A stretch of 63,826 bases of DNA, counting the filler, from Neoconidiobolus thromboides FSU 785 (taxonomy: Eukaryota > Fungi > Entomophthoromycota), in assembly GCA_025603075.1 (NCBI GenBank). It is 11 parts of 11 records of this genome, joined end to end, with 100 filler letters (N's around TTAATTAATTAA, not from the genome) between each part and the next. Parts side by side here need not be neighbours in the genome. Positions count along the whole stretch, not along the records: positions 23,836 to 46,084 come from MU626536.1; 10 more parts are not named here. One strand, written 5' to 3'. The notes under the pieces are model-generated. The model was not told the DNA's origin. It searched no databases and was given only the letters and a program-made list of their open reading frames with translations. Shown piece after piece: positions 24,172 through 37,775 of the stretch. Made by a program: the position numbers and the translations under genes. Position 1 is the stretch's first letter; the number at the start of each line of letters is the position of its first letter.

Positions 24172-26153
24172 TTTGATTTTGTTAATTTGATTGTATTTTT
24201 TGTTCACTTATATACTTTGAATCTATCAACTTATTATCATCACTTATTATTGCTTGCTAGTTGAATGAAACGAAAGTTACTTTGATTATATGTAATGGCA
24301 AATATTAGATTGCCATTATACATATAAAGTTTAAAACTATAAAGTGTCGCTATTAGACTTAGTTTTATTTACAAAAAAGGTTTAATTATTTTATCATTAT
24401 CCGGGTTTTTCTTAAACCCAATATCGTAAGCATTGTATTTTTATTTATTAAAAAGGTAATCAACAGAATCATAGGAAATCAAATAAGGAAAAGTCGTTAA
24501 GTCTAAGTTCAATAAATATATGATTTTTTTAAAACCTTGTTTTGGTATTTTTTTTGAAGTGATTACCGGATTTTTTATTTGATTGGACCACTTGTAATCA
24601 AGAAACACTTGTTACCAACCTTTGTAAAAGCCGCAGAATTGCTGAAGAAAAATAAAGTAGTAATAATAATAAACTATAAAAAATAAAAAACAGCATCACT
24701 TTTTGTGTAACAAATGCTATATAGATTCATATATTGTATATATCACATTGTTGACCTGCAATAGCATTAAGATTGTTTATTCTTGAAAGAAGGGGCTTTT
24801 ATTAAACCTCCTACCTAAAAGTTGTTTGAGTTTGGAATTAAATATATAGTACGTTAAAGTAGATAGAGAATGACCAGAAAAGGTCCTAGAATGGAAGGAG
24901 TTCTTTGCAATGGAACTAAATATATTCATCATTACATCATACCCAATAAAAAGCAATATGGCAATTTTTAAGCTTTAAAGTAATAAAAATGATATCTTTT
25001 ACTCAATCCTATTATAAACTAGACTATTAGCCCCACTTCAAATAATCTTTACCATCATTAGCATTTAGAATCTTATTCTCTCAAATAAATCAAAACGTTT
25101 ACAAAGATAAGTAATCTAAAAAAATAGCCTACATTTTTATTACTTTATCTAAAATAAAGTTTAATTTTAATGAATATTAAACTTGTTACTAAATGCTAAA
25201 TTTTATTCTTGTGATTAATTATATATTTGGTAAATTGCTTTTTCAAACAGTGTTTTATAAAAGTTACTTTAATGAGTTTAAGAACTTATTAAAATATAAG
25301 AACTTTTCATAATTCCTGCTTATTTTTTCAAAAAGTACTAAGTTTATTTATTACCTACAGTAATGATTTTTTAAATTTTTAAAAACATAGCCAATTAAGT
25401 ATATTTTTGTTAATTTAACAATTTATAAAAACATATTCAAATTCTTATCTATTATAAACTGAGTTGTTGGTAGTGTTTTATAGTCATTAATGATAAAATA
25501 CAATCTACTGTTTTTGATATCAATTAGCTACATAAAAGATCAAATGTAAATTCTATTTAAGCGAAATCCTAATATAATATTTATTTTTAATTTTATATTT
25601 GTAAATTGGAATTTGTTTTGAAGATAAAAGATAATTTGAAATGAAAAAATTTGGAGTTACAATTTCGTGCATTTATACTTTGTTGAGTAACATTTATAGG
25701 CGTTGTTTTTTGTTACTATTCAACGCTTGATACTCCTACAACTATTTTATTTGTTTGTATTACTATACTATTTTTACCTTTTTTTAATAAAATTTTTGTG
25801 ATGGTATTACTGGCAAGATTTTAAATTTGATCAAAACTCATCAAAACTCAATCATAATCCTAAATTTGGGTAAATCGCCAGATTAATTTACTATGCAAAA
25901 TTTAGTTAAAAAAGCTATTTGGTTTAAATGTGCACTGTAGATAGGAGGCTAGAATTCTTTTATTAAACTTAAATTAAAGATGCTTATAAATCAATTACAA
26001 TTATCAAAGCCGAATGTTTATTTTTTCAAATTATTAATAATTTATGGCTAGATAATTTTATTACAATAAATGATATAATAAACTTAATTTTATAAGAAAA
26101 AAACATAGTTTAAAATATCTGAATTTATTAGTACAATTGCCGATCTACTACTA

Positions 26154-26315
26154 TTAAAAGGCAATTGTAGGACAAGTGCCTTGCACTGTTCTAGTCACAT
26201 AGGTAATGGTAGTACTAGTAACCACTTTGGTAATGTCTCTACAGGGTCTTCCATAGCCATAACCTTGGGCAAGAGCGGAGGCAGCAAGTAATACAACGGC
26301 GGATAAGAATTTCAT
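26154..26315 (-). CDS. 53-aa small secreted peptide with 2 Cys
   Basis: MKFLSAVVLLAASALAQGYGYGRPCRDITKVVTSTTITYVTRTVQGTCPTIAF*; GC-richer coding island with a signal peptide. Confidence 0.75.
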   Translation of the reverse strand: MKFLSAVVLLAASALAQGYGYGRPCRDITKVVTSTTITYVTRTVQGTCPTIAF

Positions 26316-27018
26316 TTTAATATATATTAACAAATCGAGTTTATAACGATTATTTTTTAATTCATTTTCAAAGATTAGATTGAGTTTATATATACTTTGG
26401 ATAGCTATGCTGAAGAGTATAATAGATAATATGTGAGTAATAAAGCCTTTGTTTTGAATGAGAATCACTTTTATGACTTTTGGCTTAAGATATGGTGTAA
26501 AAATCAACTTCAAATTAATCTTAAATCAATTCAAGGTAGATATTGAAAACATGTGTATTTCAAAACCAAATTAATGAGAATATAATTTAATTTAGCAACC
26601 CTAAATAGTTTTAATTTCCAATTCATTAAATTTATCAAAGCGAATGCAGCCCATTTGTGACGCTTTATGAAAAAGTTAAAAATAGAACAGAAGTGAAGGC
26701 TTAATTAGATTTTAAAAAGGTAACCATATGGAGCATTACGAAAAATTGAAGAATTATTTTAGATAAATATAAGCCAGCTTATCACCAAAATAAATTTTAT
26801 TGCTAATTCTAATCTTACTTTAATTTATTTTATTACGTGAAAAATAAGCCTAATTATGAACATAATAAATTTTATTGCTCATCATACTTGTTACAATTTA
26901 ATTGTTATTTAAATAAAGTTGATCCTCTTCAGAAGCCCATGTTTGTGTTTAATAATACAACATAGAAAAAAAGCTATAAAAAGGGCGTTAAACGTAGCAA
27001 TAATTATCAAAAACAACA

Positions 27019-28895
27019 ATGAAATTCCAAGTACTCGTCCCACTTGCATATTTACTTTCTGCCCTCGATGCAGCTTCACCAGCTGACTATTATGGTGGAT
27101 ACAATCCTTGTAGACCAAAAACTATCACTTCCACTAAAGTGATCACTTCTACTGGTACTAAAGTCATCACTGTTCAACCTCCGTACTGTACTAAAACTAG
27201 AACTACTAAGACTACTACTACGAAAACTAGTACTACTGGAACTTCTACTACTGGAACTTCCACAACTGGTACCTCCACTACTGGAACATCTACCACTGGT
27301 ACTAGTACTACTGGAACTTCTACTACTGGAACCTCCACCACTGGAACTTCTACTACTGGAACTTCTACTACTGGNNNNNNNNNNNNNNNNNNNNNNNNNN
27401 NNNNNNNNNNNNNNNNNNNNNNNNNNNNNNNNNNNNNNNNNNNNNNNNNNNNNNNNNNNNNNNNNNNNNNNNNNNNNNNNNNNNNNNNNNNNNNNNNNNN
27501 NNNNNNNNNNNNNNNNNNNNNNNNNNNNNNNNNNNNNNNNNNNNNNNNNNNNNNNNNNNNNNNNNNNNNNNNNNNNNNNNNNNNNNNNNNNNNNNNNNNN
27601 NNNNNNNNNNNNNNNNNNNNNNNNNNNNNNNNNNNNNNNNNNNNNNNNNNNNNNNNNNNNNNNNNNNNNNNNNNNNNNNNNNNNNNNNNNNNNNNNNNNN
27701 NNNNNNNNNNNNNNNNNNNNNNNNNNNNNNNNNNNNNNNNNNNNNNNNNNNNNNNNNNNNNNNNNNNNNNNNNNNNNNNNNNNNNNNNNNNNNNNNNNNN
27801 NNNNNNNNNNNNNNNNNNNNNNNNNNNNNNNNNNNNNNNNNNNNNNNNNNNNNNNNNNNNNNNNNNNNNNNNNNNNNNNNNNNNNNNNNNNNNNNNNNNN
27901 NNNNNNNNNNNNNNNNNNNNNNNNNNNNNNNNNNNNNNNNNNNNNNNNNNNNNNNNNNNNNNNNNNNNNNNNNNNNNNNNNNNNNNNNNNNNNNNNNNNN
28001 NNNNNNNNNNNNNNNNNNNNNNNNNNNNNNNNNNNNNNNNNNNNNNNNNNNNNNNNNNNNNNNNNNNNNNNNNNNNNNNNNNNNNNNNNNNNNNNNNNNN
28101 NNNNNNNNNNNNNNNNNNNNNNNNACCACTGGTACTTCCACTACTAAAACTACTACAACTCCTTACTATACCACTAAAACTTCTACTACCGGAACTTCTA
28201 CCACTGGTACCTCCACTACCGGAACCTCCACCACTGGAACTAGCACAACTGGTACATCCACCACTGGTACTAGCACAACTGGTACATCTACTACTGGTAC
28301 TAGCACAACTGGTACATCCACTACTGGAACTAGCACTACCGGAACCTCTACTACTGGTACTAGCACTACTGGTACATCTACCACTGGAACCTCCACTACT
28401 GGAACTTCTACTACTGGAACTTCCACCACTGGAACTAGCACTACCGGGACCTCCACCACCGGTACTTCCACTACCAAAACTACTACAACTCCTTACTATA
28501 CCACCAAAACTTCTACTACCGGAACTTCTACCACTGGTACCTCCACTACCGGAACCTCCACTACTGGTACTAGCACCACTGGTACATCTACTACCGGAAC
28601 TTCTACTACTGGAACCTCCACCACTGGTACTAGCACTACTGGTACTAGCACTACTGGTACTAGCACCACTGGTACATCTACTACCGGAACTTCTACTACT
28701 GGTACTTCCACCACTGGAACCTCTACCACTGGGACTAGCACTACTGGTACTTCTACCACTGGAACTAGCACTACCACCAAAACCACTAGTACTAGTACCA
28801 AACCATATTACACTACTAAAACTACCACCACTACCAGACCATATTATACTACTAGACCAAGACCTACCTATGGTTACGGTTACGGCTACTATTAG
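27019..28895 (+). CDS. Secreted Thr-rich mucin-like protein with (GTSTT)n repeats; spans 750-N gap (true frame after the gap differs from the ORF track)
   Basis: Signal peptide, 2-Cys N-terminal module, 15-bp repeat with synonymous variation, C-terminus RPYYTTRPRPTYGYGYGYY* (TAG 28893-28895). Confidence 0.85.
27229..28780 (+). repeat. Coding 15-bp tandem repeat (GTSTT) with spacer blocks at a 330-bp period
   Basis: ccttactata of the KTTTTPYYTTKT spacer at 28161 and 28491. Confidence 0.9.
27375..28124. other. Assembly gap (750 N) inside the tandem repeat
   Basis: N run. Confidence 1.
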
Positions 28896-29990
28896 ATCAT
28901 GTACTAGGCCTTTTACCAAAGGGATAGAGTTTATATTAAAGTATTTATTATATTTGACTATTTTTTTGTTTTCTGTTTTTTTACTATCTTATTTTTTATT
29001 TGCAAACTTCTATAACAAAGCAGGAAAGTTTTGGTTATAATAGAAATTGAACAACAGTAAAAATCCTTTAGTTATCAAAAATATAATAAACAATCTAGCT
29101 TGGCTGATGACAATTAAAATTCAATTTATAAGTGAAGGATTTATAACTTGATATTTAATGTCTTGTAAAAAGCGTAGCATCTTTTAACCACTATAGTTCT
29201 CAAAACCGACTAGTAATTTCCTTACATAATCAAATAAAAGCTTGCTTCTTATAACAAACTATCAACTACCCACTTTCCTTTTCGCCTTGTAAATTTCTTA
29301 TAACACATCAAATAATGAACAATATACCCCGCTTTATAATAATTGTCTTATTTCTCATTACACAAATGATTTACTTCGACTTTCAGCTATAATTAGAAAA
29401 TCGGGTTATTTGACCATCAGTTCACTGAATTTAACCACATAATAAGACAATTATTTCTATTAACCAATATAATATCCATAGTTTCTTACTTCTTTGGATC
29501 TTATAGCTTTTCGTCATAAAACCACTTATAAATATTTCATCATATAAAAAGTTTCTAGTTTTATGTTGTTTAGTCAACATAAAGGACGTTATATAAACTC
29601 ACCGTTATCTCAATTAGCTGATAGAAATAAAAATAAATGCTTCATAACATGCTAATGAAATCTTCCATTGTTTCTGTTCATTTTAGTCAAGTTTATAGAG
29701 TTATTCGTAAAACAGTAAATACTGAGGACCATAAATTAACTGAGGAACTACTTATCTCCATATTTCTTTTAAAAAGGTGTAAATCAATTGAACTTAATAG
29801 TTTCTTTTTTAGAATACCATTATGTATATTGTGTAATTTTAAAGTTGGACCGTCATTAAGTACTTAATTTTTTAGTCTAGTAAATAAAACGCACTCAATA
29901 TAGGCTTCTCAGCGAAAGAAGTTATAAAAAATAATTTTATATAACATATCATTTATTAAAAAACAATCATCAAGCATTAGCGAGATACCT

Positions 29991-30692
29991 TTAAATTCCA
30001 ATTCTAGAATGAGGTAAATAACTTAGAATATTCAACTTATTAAAAAATCGAAAGACTCTAGTAGGTAAAATGGGATACATCGGTACTGCTTCTGTAAATC
30101 GATCTTTAATATGATACCTTTTTAATTTAAAAGGGATCCATTGGACCAGAGATTGTGGTGGAAAATTCATAATTAAGCTCTCATCCACACCTTCTTCATC
30201 TAGTAATTCCACATGAATCAATAATTTTTGAATTAATATTCCACATTCTTCATCTACTGAATATTGAATGGCTACTTCTTCGTTATGGCCATAATTGATA
30301 AATTCGCCTTTTTTAGAACATTTAAAATGAATTGGTTTCGATAATGCTAGATTTTTTGTTTGTTGATTAGAGTAGATGAGTTTTAAATAGCGTAATATAG
30401 GTGCATGAGAAAATAGACTTGCTTTAAATTGGACTGGAGTTGTTTGGGTAGATTCAAATTCAATATAATTGTTTTTTACACATGTAAAAATAAATCTTGG
30501 ACATAAATGCTTATCTCCTTGTAATATGGCCATATTTACTTTACTTGAAGTTAAGCGTTGGTTTAACATATGTAAACTTAGACTGCGAAAGCGTTTGTTT
30601 AATTGGGAAAAGGTATTGAGATTCGAGATACCCCCTTCTTTCATAATAGCAGAAATCATTTCACTAGGTAAGTCATTAATGGTTAAAGACAT
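29991..30692 (-). CDS. F-box domain protein
   Basis: N-terminal LTINDLPSEMISAIM...LSQLNKRFRSL-type F-box motif. Confidence 0.7.
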   Translation of the reverse strand: MSLTINDLPSEMISAIMKEGGISNLNTFSQLNKRFRSLSLHMLNQRLTSSKVNMAILQGDKHLCPRFIFTCVKNNYIEFESTQTTPVQFKASLFSHAPILRYLKLIYSNQQTKNLALSKPIHFKCSKKGEFINYGHNEEVAIQYSVDEECGILIQKLLIHVELLDEEGVDESLIMNFPPQSLVQWIPFKLKRYHIKDRFTEAVPMYPILPTRVFRFFNKLNILSYLPHSRIGI

Positions 30693-32229
30693 TCTAAAGT
30701 TTTATTAATTAGATTATAAAAAAATAACTAAATAGTTCAATCATAATGGTTTGTATACTTCATTTATATATCTTTTTTGAGTTTTTGAATTACTTTTTTT
30801 TAAATGCGCTTTTCAACTTAGACTAAAAAAATAGAGTGATCTATAAATTCTAGCTTATTTTTGAATAAAAGCCAATAAAGTTAAAAATACATTTAATTAC
30901 TAAATATTTGATTGGATTAGATTTTTCATCCCTAAAATTAGCTCCTTATTATAAAATTATGCAACTTAAAGGACATAATAAAATGCCATATTCGCTCCAA
31001 TTCGATATATTGTAATATACAGGTGGGGTTCATGATAGTACTATAATATCATAAACATATCATCAAATCCATAAATTATGTAACTTAATTACATTAATAA
31101 ATAAAATATCAAATAATAAAATAAATCGATCTCAAACTGTTTTTTATCTATTTTTGTTGAATATTTTGTTATTCTAAAAAACTATGAAGAAACGATCAAA
31201 TATTCTAACACTATAGTCAATATCATCAATTTGATAAAAACTTTATAACTTCAAATCAACAACTCATGAAAACAACTCAAAAAGAAACTTCATTTCAATT
31301 TCAACTGTTTTTTAATATCTTTTCATACACATTTTCAAAGACCAAAATGGCAGTATCGAAATAGTTATCGGATTTGTCTGTATATTGATTGGATAAAAGT
31401 GTACAAGCACAATATCTTTAATTCTTTTTATATAAAAATGGTCTTTGGTAGCTAACTTTTTTTTCATGATTATGAAATTAGTAAATTTTTCTGAACCTTA
31501 CTTTATTGATTAATGAAGCTAAACTCCTTACTTCTTTGCTCACTATTCCAAGGGAGCTGAAAAATGACTATTTTGGTGCTATTTGAATGTCATCTTCAAA
31601 GCTAGTTCTCCTTTTCCTTTGTAGTATAAGTTCTACCATAAGATTGCTTGTCGGGGTTTAAAAAATAGTAATGAAATTTTAGGAAAAAAGTGTAAAAAAA
31701 ATAAACAAATCAAAAATAGACAAAAAGCTTATTTTTTTAAAATTTTTAGTAAAACTTAAAATCTCAACTAAAACTTAAATTAAACAAAAATGTTAGCTAT
31801 CATTTCCTTATTTTCAATAATATATTTAAATTTCTTATCTAAAAAAAAATCTAAATTATTCTATCATTTTCTTAAAAATTCCAGCACAATTATAAAATTT
31901 GGTTTTCCAACTTATTCTTTATCACAATGAAATTTTAATTAGGGCTTAAGAACGCTGCAAAAAACGAAACTTGAAGACATAACCTTATGGTATTGTAAGT
32001 GAAAAATGCATTAGAGATGGTGTTATTTAGTATGGTTTTATTACAAATACTTTAATAAAGAAAATTCGATATAAGCTATTAAAAAAAGTATACACAACTT
32101 TCTAATCAACTAGCTCTAAAATACATGACATAATATTTCTTCACAAACTCAGATGCTATCTGATTGGCTCGTTCAAAACAATTAACTAAGCCCAACTTGC
32201 ATTACCTTCCTTTATCAATTTTTTATTAA

Positions 32230-34132
32230 ATGATCAGTAACAACTGGATGGAACGAGATAATAAAGTGAACAATAGTGGTTTATTAAAAGAATTAGAAGA
32301 CTCGATTAATAAAAACCAAATTATGAATGAGGAAGAAGGAGGTAAAGAAGTAAAGAAGCTACGTTTAGAAGATGGTAATAAGTTTGAAAAATTTGTTCAA
32401 GCAGATGGTAATGAAGTACCAATGTTGGAAAGTTATAATATTAGGACCAGTAAAAACATTGCTCCCTTTATTGCCAAGTTGTATAAGTAAGTATTTAATA
32501 TTTGAACTACAAAATAATTATTAATCTTTTTTATTTAGCTTAGTTGAAAATTCAGAAACAGATTTTGTTATTCATTGGGACGAAGATGGTAAAACATTTT
32601 ATAGTAAGTTATATTGATTAAAAATCGAATTTATACTAAATCCAAACTTACATAGTTTCCAATCCTGACTTTTTTGCTAAACAAATATTACCACGATTTT
32701 TTAAACATAAAAACTTTTCTAGCTTTGTACGTCAATTAAATTTATATGGCTTTCATAAAATACAAAATTTAAGACAGGGGGTATTAATTGGGAATGCAGA
32801 TAGTGAAAAATTACAATTTTTTCATCCTAAGTTTGAAAGAGATAAGATTGATCAATTAGCAGAAGTAGTACGTAAAGTAGTTAAAGAAAATAAAAGTAGT
32901 GGACCAACAGAAAATATTACAGGATTAGCAACTGAGCTAGAATTAGTCAAACAGAATCAAACTAAGTTAGCTAGCGAATTACAAGAGATGCAACTAATGA
33001 ATGAAAAACTATGGAAAGTGAACCAAGAAGCACGAAATCAAAATAAAATTCAACAAGAAACAATCAATAAAATTTTACACTTCTTAAGTACTTTATTCTC
33101 TCATGATAAACAACCCATCGATAAATTACCTAGAAAAAGAAGATTGCTATTAGAACAAAGTAAAGAAAATGAAATGAAACAAGAAAACCAAAATCAAAAC
33201 AATTTAAATGACCCAAATACAGTATTCGCTAAATTATTACAAGATTATAGTTTAAATAATATGGGTAAGGATATTTATTTATTTATTACATTAAGTTACT
33301 AATATTGCTTTTTATTTTATTAGGTATTACTAATGACTTAAATTTAAATAATTATATTGATCTACCGAATTTAAATCAATTATATCCACAAGATAATAAT
33401 TTAATGAATACGCTTCCGAATAATAATAATAACAATAATAATAATAGTAATAACAATAATAATAATGATAATAATAGTAATAATAATAGTGATAATAACA
33501 ATGCATTAATACCCAATTTAGGTTATAATCTTAACAAACCAGATAATGCATTAATCTCAAGTTTTGAAAATGGAATTAAACAAGAAAATCGACAATTAGC
33601 ATTTGATAAAATTAATCAAGCCTTGATTAATAATAATCATACATTAAATTTTATGAATAGTAATATGAGTGAATTACAAAATAATTTAAATAGTATGCAA
33701 AGTAATTTACATCAACATAATAATATTACTAATAGTAATAACAATTCATTATTAAGTAATTCAATGGACACAAATAATAATTTAAATGGCTTAGCATTAG
33801 GAAATAATAGTGGGAATACAATAGGAAGTACAGGAAATAATTTTGATTTCTCACAATTTATGACCGGATATGATCCTAATTTGAATTTTAATCTAGATCC
33901 TACTAATTTCAATAATTCCGCTAATATTGATACTTTTTTAAATTTAGACAATTTAGATGAAAATAGTATTCATTCGACTACAATAGATAACAATAATTTG
34001 AATCTAAATTTAAAAGCAAATCAATTAGATGAAGATATCGAAGAAATTGTTACTGAACCTCCACCTTCGAGCTATTCTAATTCAAAATTAACTACTCCTT
34101 TACCTTCAACTCCAAGCAAAAATACTCCTTAA
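32230..34132 (+). CDS. HSF1: Heat shock transcription factor, multi-exon, Asn-rich C-terminus
   Basis: [12 protein letters not shown]...[10 protein letters not shown]/...[32 protein letters not shown]-binding domain followed by HR-A/B coiled coil (LWK...KILHFL). Confidence 0.92.
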
Positions 34133-34335
34133 AATTTTATCTGTTTTTCTAAGGATGTTTTTTTTACCACCTTATTCCTTATCTCTACTTTATTCTCCCC
34201 ACTTGTAACTTGAAAATTTAAATACCATTTTTAAAAAAAATTAAATAAAGCTTATATTATATTATATTATATTATATTATACATAAATATATAGAAAAGA
34301 TAATAGTCAATAGAGTTTAATTTTAATTTTAATAT

Positions 34336-36651
34336 TTATAAAATCTTAGTATGTAATAAATACAATAACCTTTGATTAGAATTATTTGGTTTAAATGCAG
34401 CAATTAAATAATGGGCATTAAATTGACATAACTTAATTAACGAATCTCTTAATTCTTGACGTTTAAGATGATTATATTTAAACCTAATAAAGAATTCAAT
34501 GATAAGAATTAAATTGCATAAATTCAATAAAACTTACTCTTTAGCTGATATAAATTTAAAAAATTGAGTCTAATTATTTAAAAAAGAATCAACATAAGAC
34601 AAAACATTTAGAAAAAAGTTTAAAACAAAAACTTACACCAAATTCATTATTAACAATGACGGGTAATTGAAGTCCACTATTTATATTCTCATTTTCAAAT
34701 ACTAAATTAAATTGATATTCTAATTTCCACTCTTGATGATTGTCCTTTTCATTACCACATTTTTTACACTTTACTAATTCCTTATTTTCAATTCTAAAAA
34801 AAGATACATATTAATTATTTTACATTATCATTAATCTAAATAAGTTTAAGGGATAATAGAAAACTTACTTTGCATTACATTGATCACAAATGAAAGTAAT
34901 AAATTCCTTAATATCGTTTGGATAAATATCCACAATTTTACTATGAATATGATACATTTTAGGGTACTAAAATAAAATAAAAATATATAAAAATCAAATA
35001 AGTAATAAAATCTTTCAAATTATAATCTTTTAATTAATTAATAATCTTAACTTACTTCTAAATCATTCATAATATAATCCAATGAAACAACGGGTAAATT
35101 AGGATATTCAATTTCTAATCTAAAATAAATAATCTTGTTTAAAAACTAAAATTGATTTAAATATCTCACCTGTTAACTTTTTTTCAACTTCATTTGATTC
35201 TCGTTGTTCTCTTTTTATTTTCAATTTCTTTGGCATTAACATTTGTTTCCTTCTAATATCAAAAAATCACTTTAATTAATAACATTCTCTTGATACTTTT
35301 CTTTTTATAAGTTCTTAATCTACCTTAATATTTCTATTGCCGCTTCATCATTTTGTTTTATCACTACCAATTTATTTGATACTACTTTTTTTTCCCCGTG
35401 AAGTACTAACTCAATCCCATAAATATCATTAGGTTTCACTCTTAAATTATAAAATTTAAGTATATCGTGCTGTTGAATTTTATTCTTTTCAATAAATAGT
35501 TTATGCTCATCCCATAATGTACAATAAACAATATATTTTTTATTATAAAGAAAAGTGTTTTGATATTCTAACGTTTTTGGTCTATGAATCAAAATTAATG
35601 ATTTTAATTAAAATAGATTAAATCAATTGTCCAAATATTGATAACTTGAGTTTAAACTTACTCTAATAATTCGTTTTCTGTAAAATCAGTTAACAATAAT
35701 GTGATATGATCATCTTCTGTATTATGCTGTATACTTATTACCTATATGATTTTATTAGTTTTAACTTATATTTTTATATATTAATTCTTTTATTTTCATT
35801 TAATAAAGTTTATATTGAACTTTGATTATTTAATAAACTTACCATTGCTACTAAATCAATATATTCGAATAATTTGACTTCACTTAATTTTTTTAATTTT
35901 AATTTATTGCCACTATTATAATTATTACTCTTTTTTAATGCATTTGTATTTGTAATTGAAATCTCATTAACTCCGTCAATTGTATTAATACTTCTTTTTT
36001 TATTTAAATCAATTAATTTTATATTCTCTTGTTTTGATTTTATTGTTATCATTTCAGATGATTGAGTTAAATTAATATACCATTGTTTCAAATTAATTAA
36101 TTTTTGTTTAAGATTATCTGATAAATCTAATTCATTGATATTAGATTGTAAATCAACAAGTTTATGTCTTGATTGTAATAAAGATAGAACCTGTATACGT
36201 TGATTGTATTTTTGAATCTATAAGTGAAAACAAAGTCAATGAATCAGCCAAATAAATTAAATAAGTAAATATAAAGATATACCTTCAATCCGTTAGAAAT
36301 CAATATATCGCCTACTTTATTAAACTTTGGGAATTGTTGTTCTACTTTTCGAAAAAATAAAATTGTGATTTCTTCTCCTTTAGATAAACTAGAGTCTATG
36401 ATACTTACTCTTAATGATAAATCTATTTTAATTAATATTAATATTAATATTAACATTGAATTTTATTCATTTATTCGAGAAAAATGATTAGTCATATAGA
36501 ATCTACTTTTCTTACCTCTCTTGGTTACTTTAATCTCTCCGAGTCGTGTAATGATTCCTATTGTATTCGCTTCTTTACCTGCTTCTAACTTACTTAAGGC
36601 TTCATATTTCCTTTCTTCATTTTCAATGTCTTCAAAATCACTACTACTCAT
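34336..36651 (-). CDS. POT1: Protection of telomeres protein (OB folds), multi-exon
   Basis: NTIGII..LGEIK, VSIIDSSL..ITILFF..FPK..VGDIL, LSEVKLFEYIDLVA, VIVTDFTEN, CTLWDEH..DILKFYNLRVK..ELVLHGE. Confidence 0.72.
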
Positions 36652-37081
36652 TCTTCAATAAATTGAATTTGGAGTTAAAATTTAGTTGAAAAAATCAAGT
36701 ACTTTTTTATAATTGATATATCAAAAGGATTAAGTTTCAAATTAGAAAATAATTAATATTTTTTATATACAAAAAAGGTATGAATAAAATGAATTTTAAA
36801 AATGATAAAGTTATGAATTATGTGATGTCATAAAAAAAGTGTTAAACCTAGTTAATAAATATTAAAGATGAAATAATTTGATTTTAAATACAAACTATAT
36901 AATAAAATAATTAATAAATGATCTTAATGAAATTTAATAATCAATTAACAATTAGAAATAAAGTTATTAACAAGTATAAAAAAAACACTGGGATTTTATT
37001 ATTTAATTAAAAAAATTGTTAACTTTTTATTAATAAAAATAATTTACCCTTTTCTCATTAATATTGTTTTCATCTTTAATT

Positions 37082-37733
37082 TTAAACAATAGTTTTATTT
37101 CTAGATTCTGAATGTTTTTTAATAGCATTTTTTAATTCTAATTTATAATCTAATATTGATACTTTTTTTTCATTTGTATTCTTATCTTTTTTATTATTCT
37201 TTTTGACTGGATTATATTTTAATGGAGTTTTTATTTGATTTTCATTATCAGCTTCTAATATGGAATCCATTTCAAACACGTCTTCTTTTAATTTAATTAA
37301 TTCTTCTATTCTTTCAATTTCTTGTTTGTTAATTTCACATTCCTCTTTTTCAATCTCATTGATAATTTTGTCACTTTGATTGATTGTCAATTCATTTTCC
37401 TTTTCTTTGTCTTTGTTTTCATTCTCTTTGTTTTTCTTATCATCTCTATTTAATTTGATCAATTTGTTTTTTAATTGTTCAGTACTTAATTTTAAATGTT
37501 CAATTTCTAAAGTAAATTGATCATATGAATTTAAACATTGATCATAACTTGATTTTTGATTTAAATTATTAGTAAATTGATAAAATAAACATTGAATTGT
37601 TTTTAATTCAAATTCAATTCGATTAAAATCTCGGACAAGTTCATTATTAATATCTTTTTCTTGAATATTATTATTTCGTTTAAGTTGTTTATTATTATCT
37701 ATTATTATAAATTAAAATTAGTATTTGTATTTA

Positions 37734-37775
<42 letters not shown>

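Noticed and set aside
27174-28919. Antisense and alternate-frame long ORFs (VVEVPV.., GSSSRS.., PLELPLL..) over the mucin
   Set aside because: Shadow frames of a 15-bp tandem repeat, extended through Ns; only the Thr-rich frame has a signal peptide and a proper end.
33420-33500. (AAT)n tract in HSF and simple repeats at ~34255, ~37735, ~47190, ~47270, ~57570, ~59300
   Set aside because: Ordinary poly-Asn coding and microsatellites expected at this AT content.
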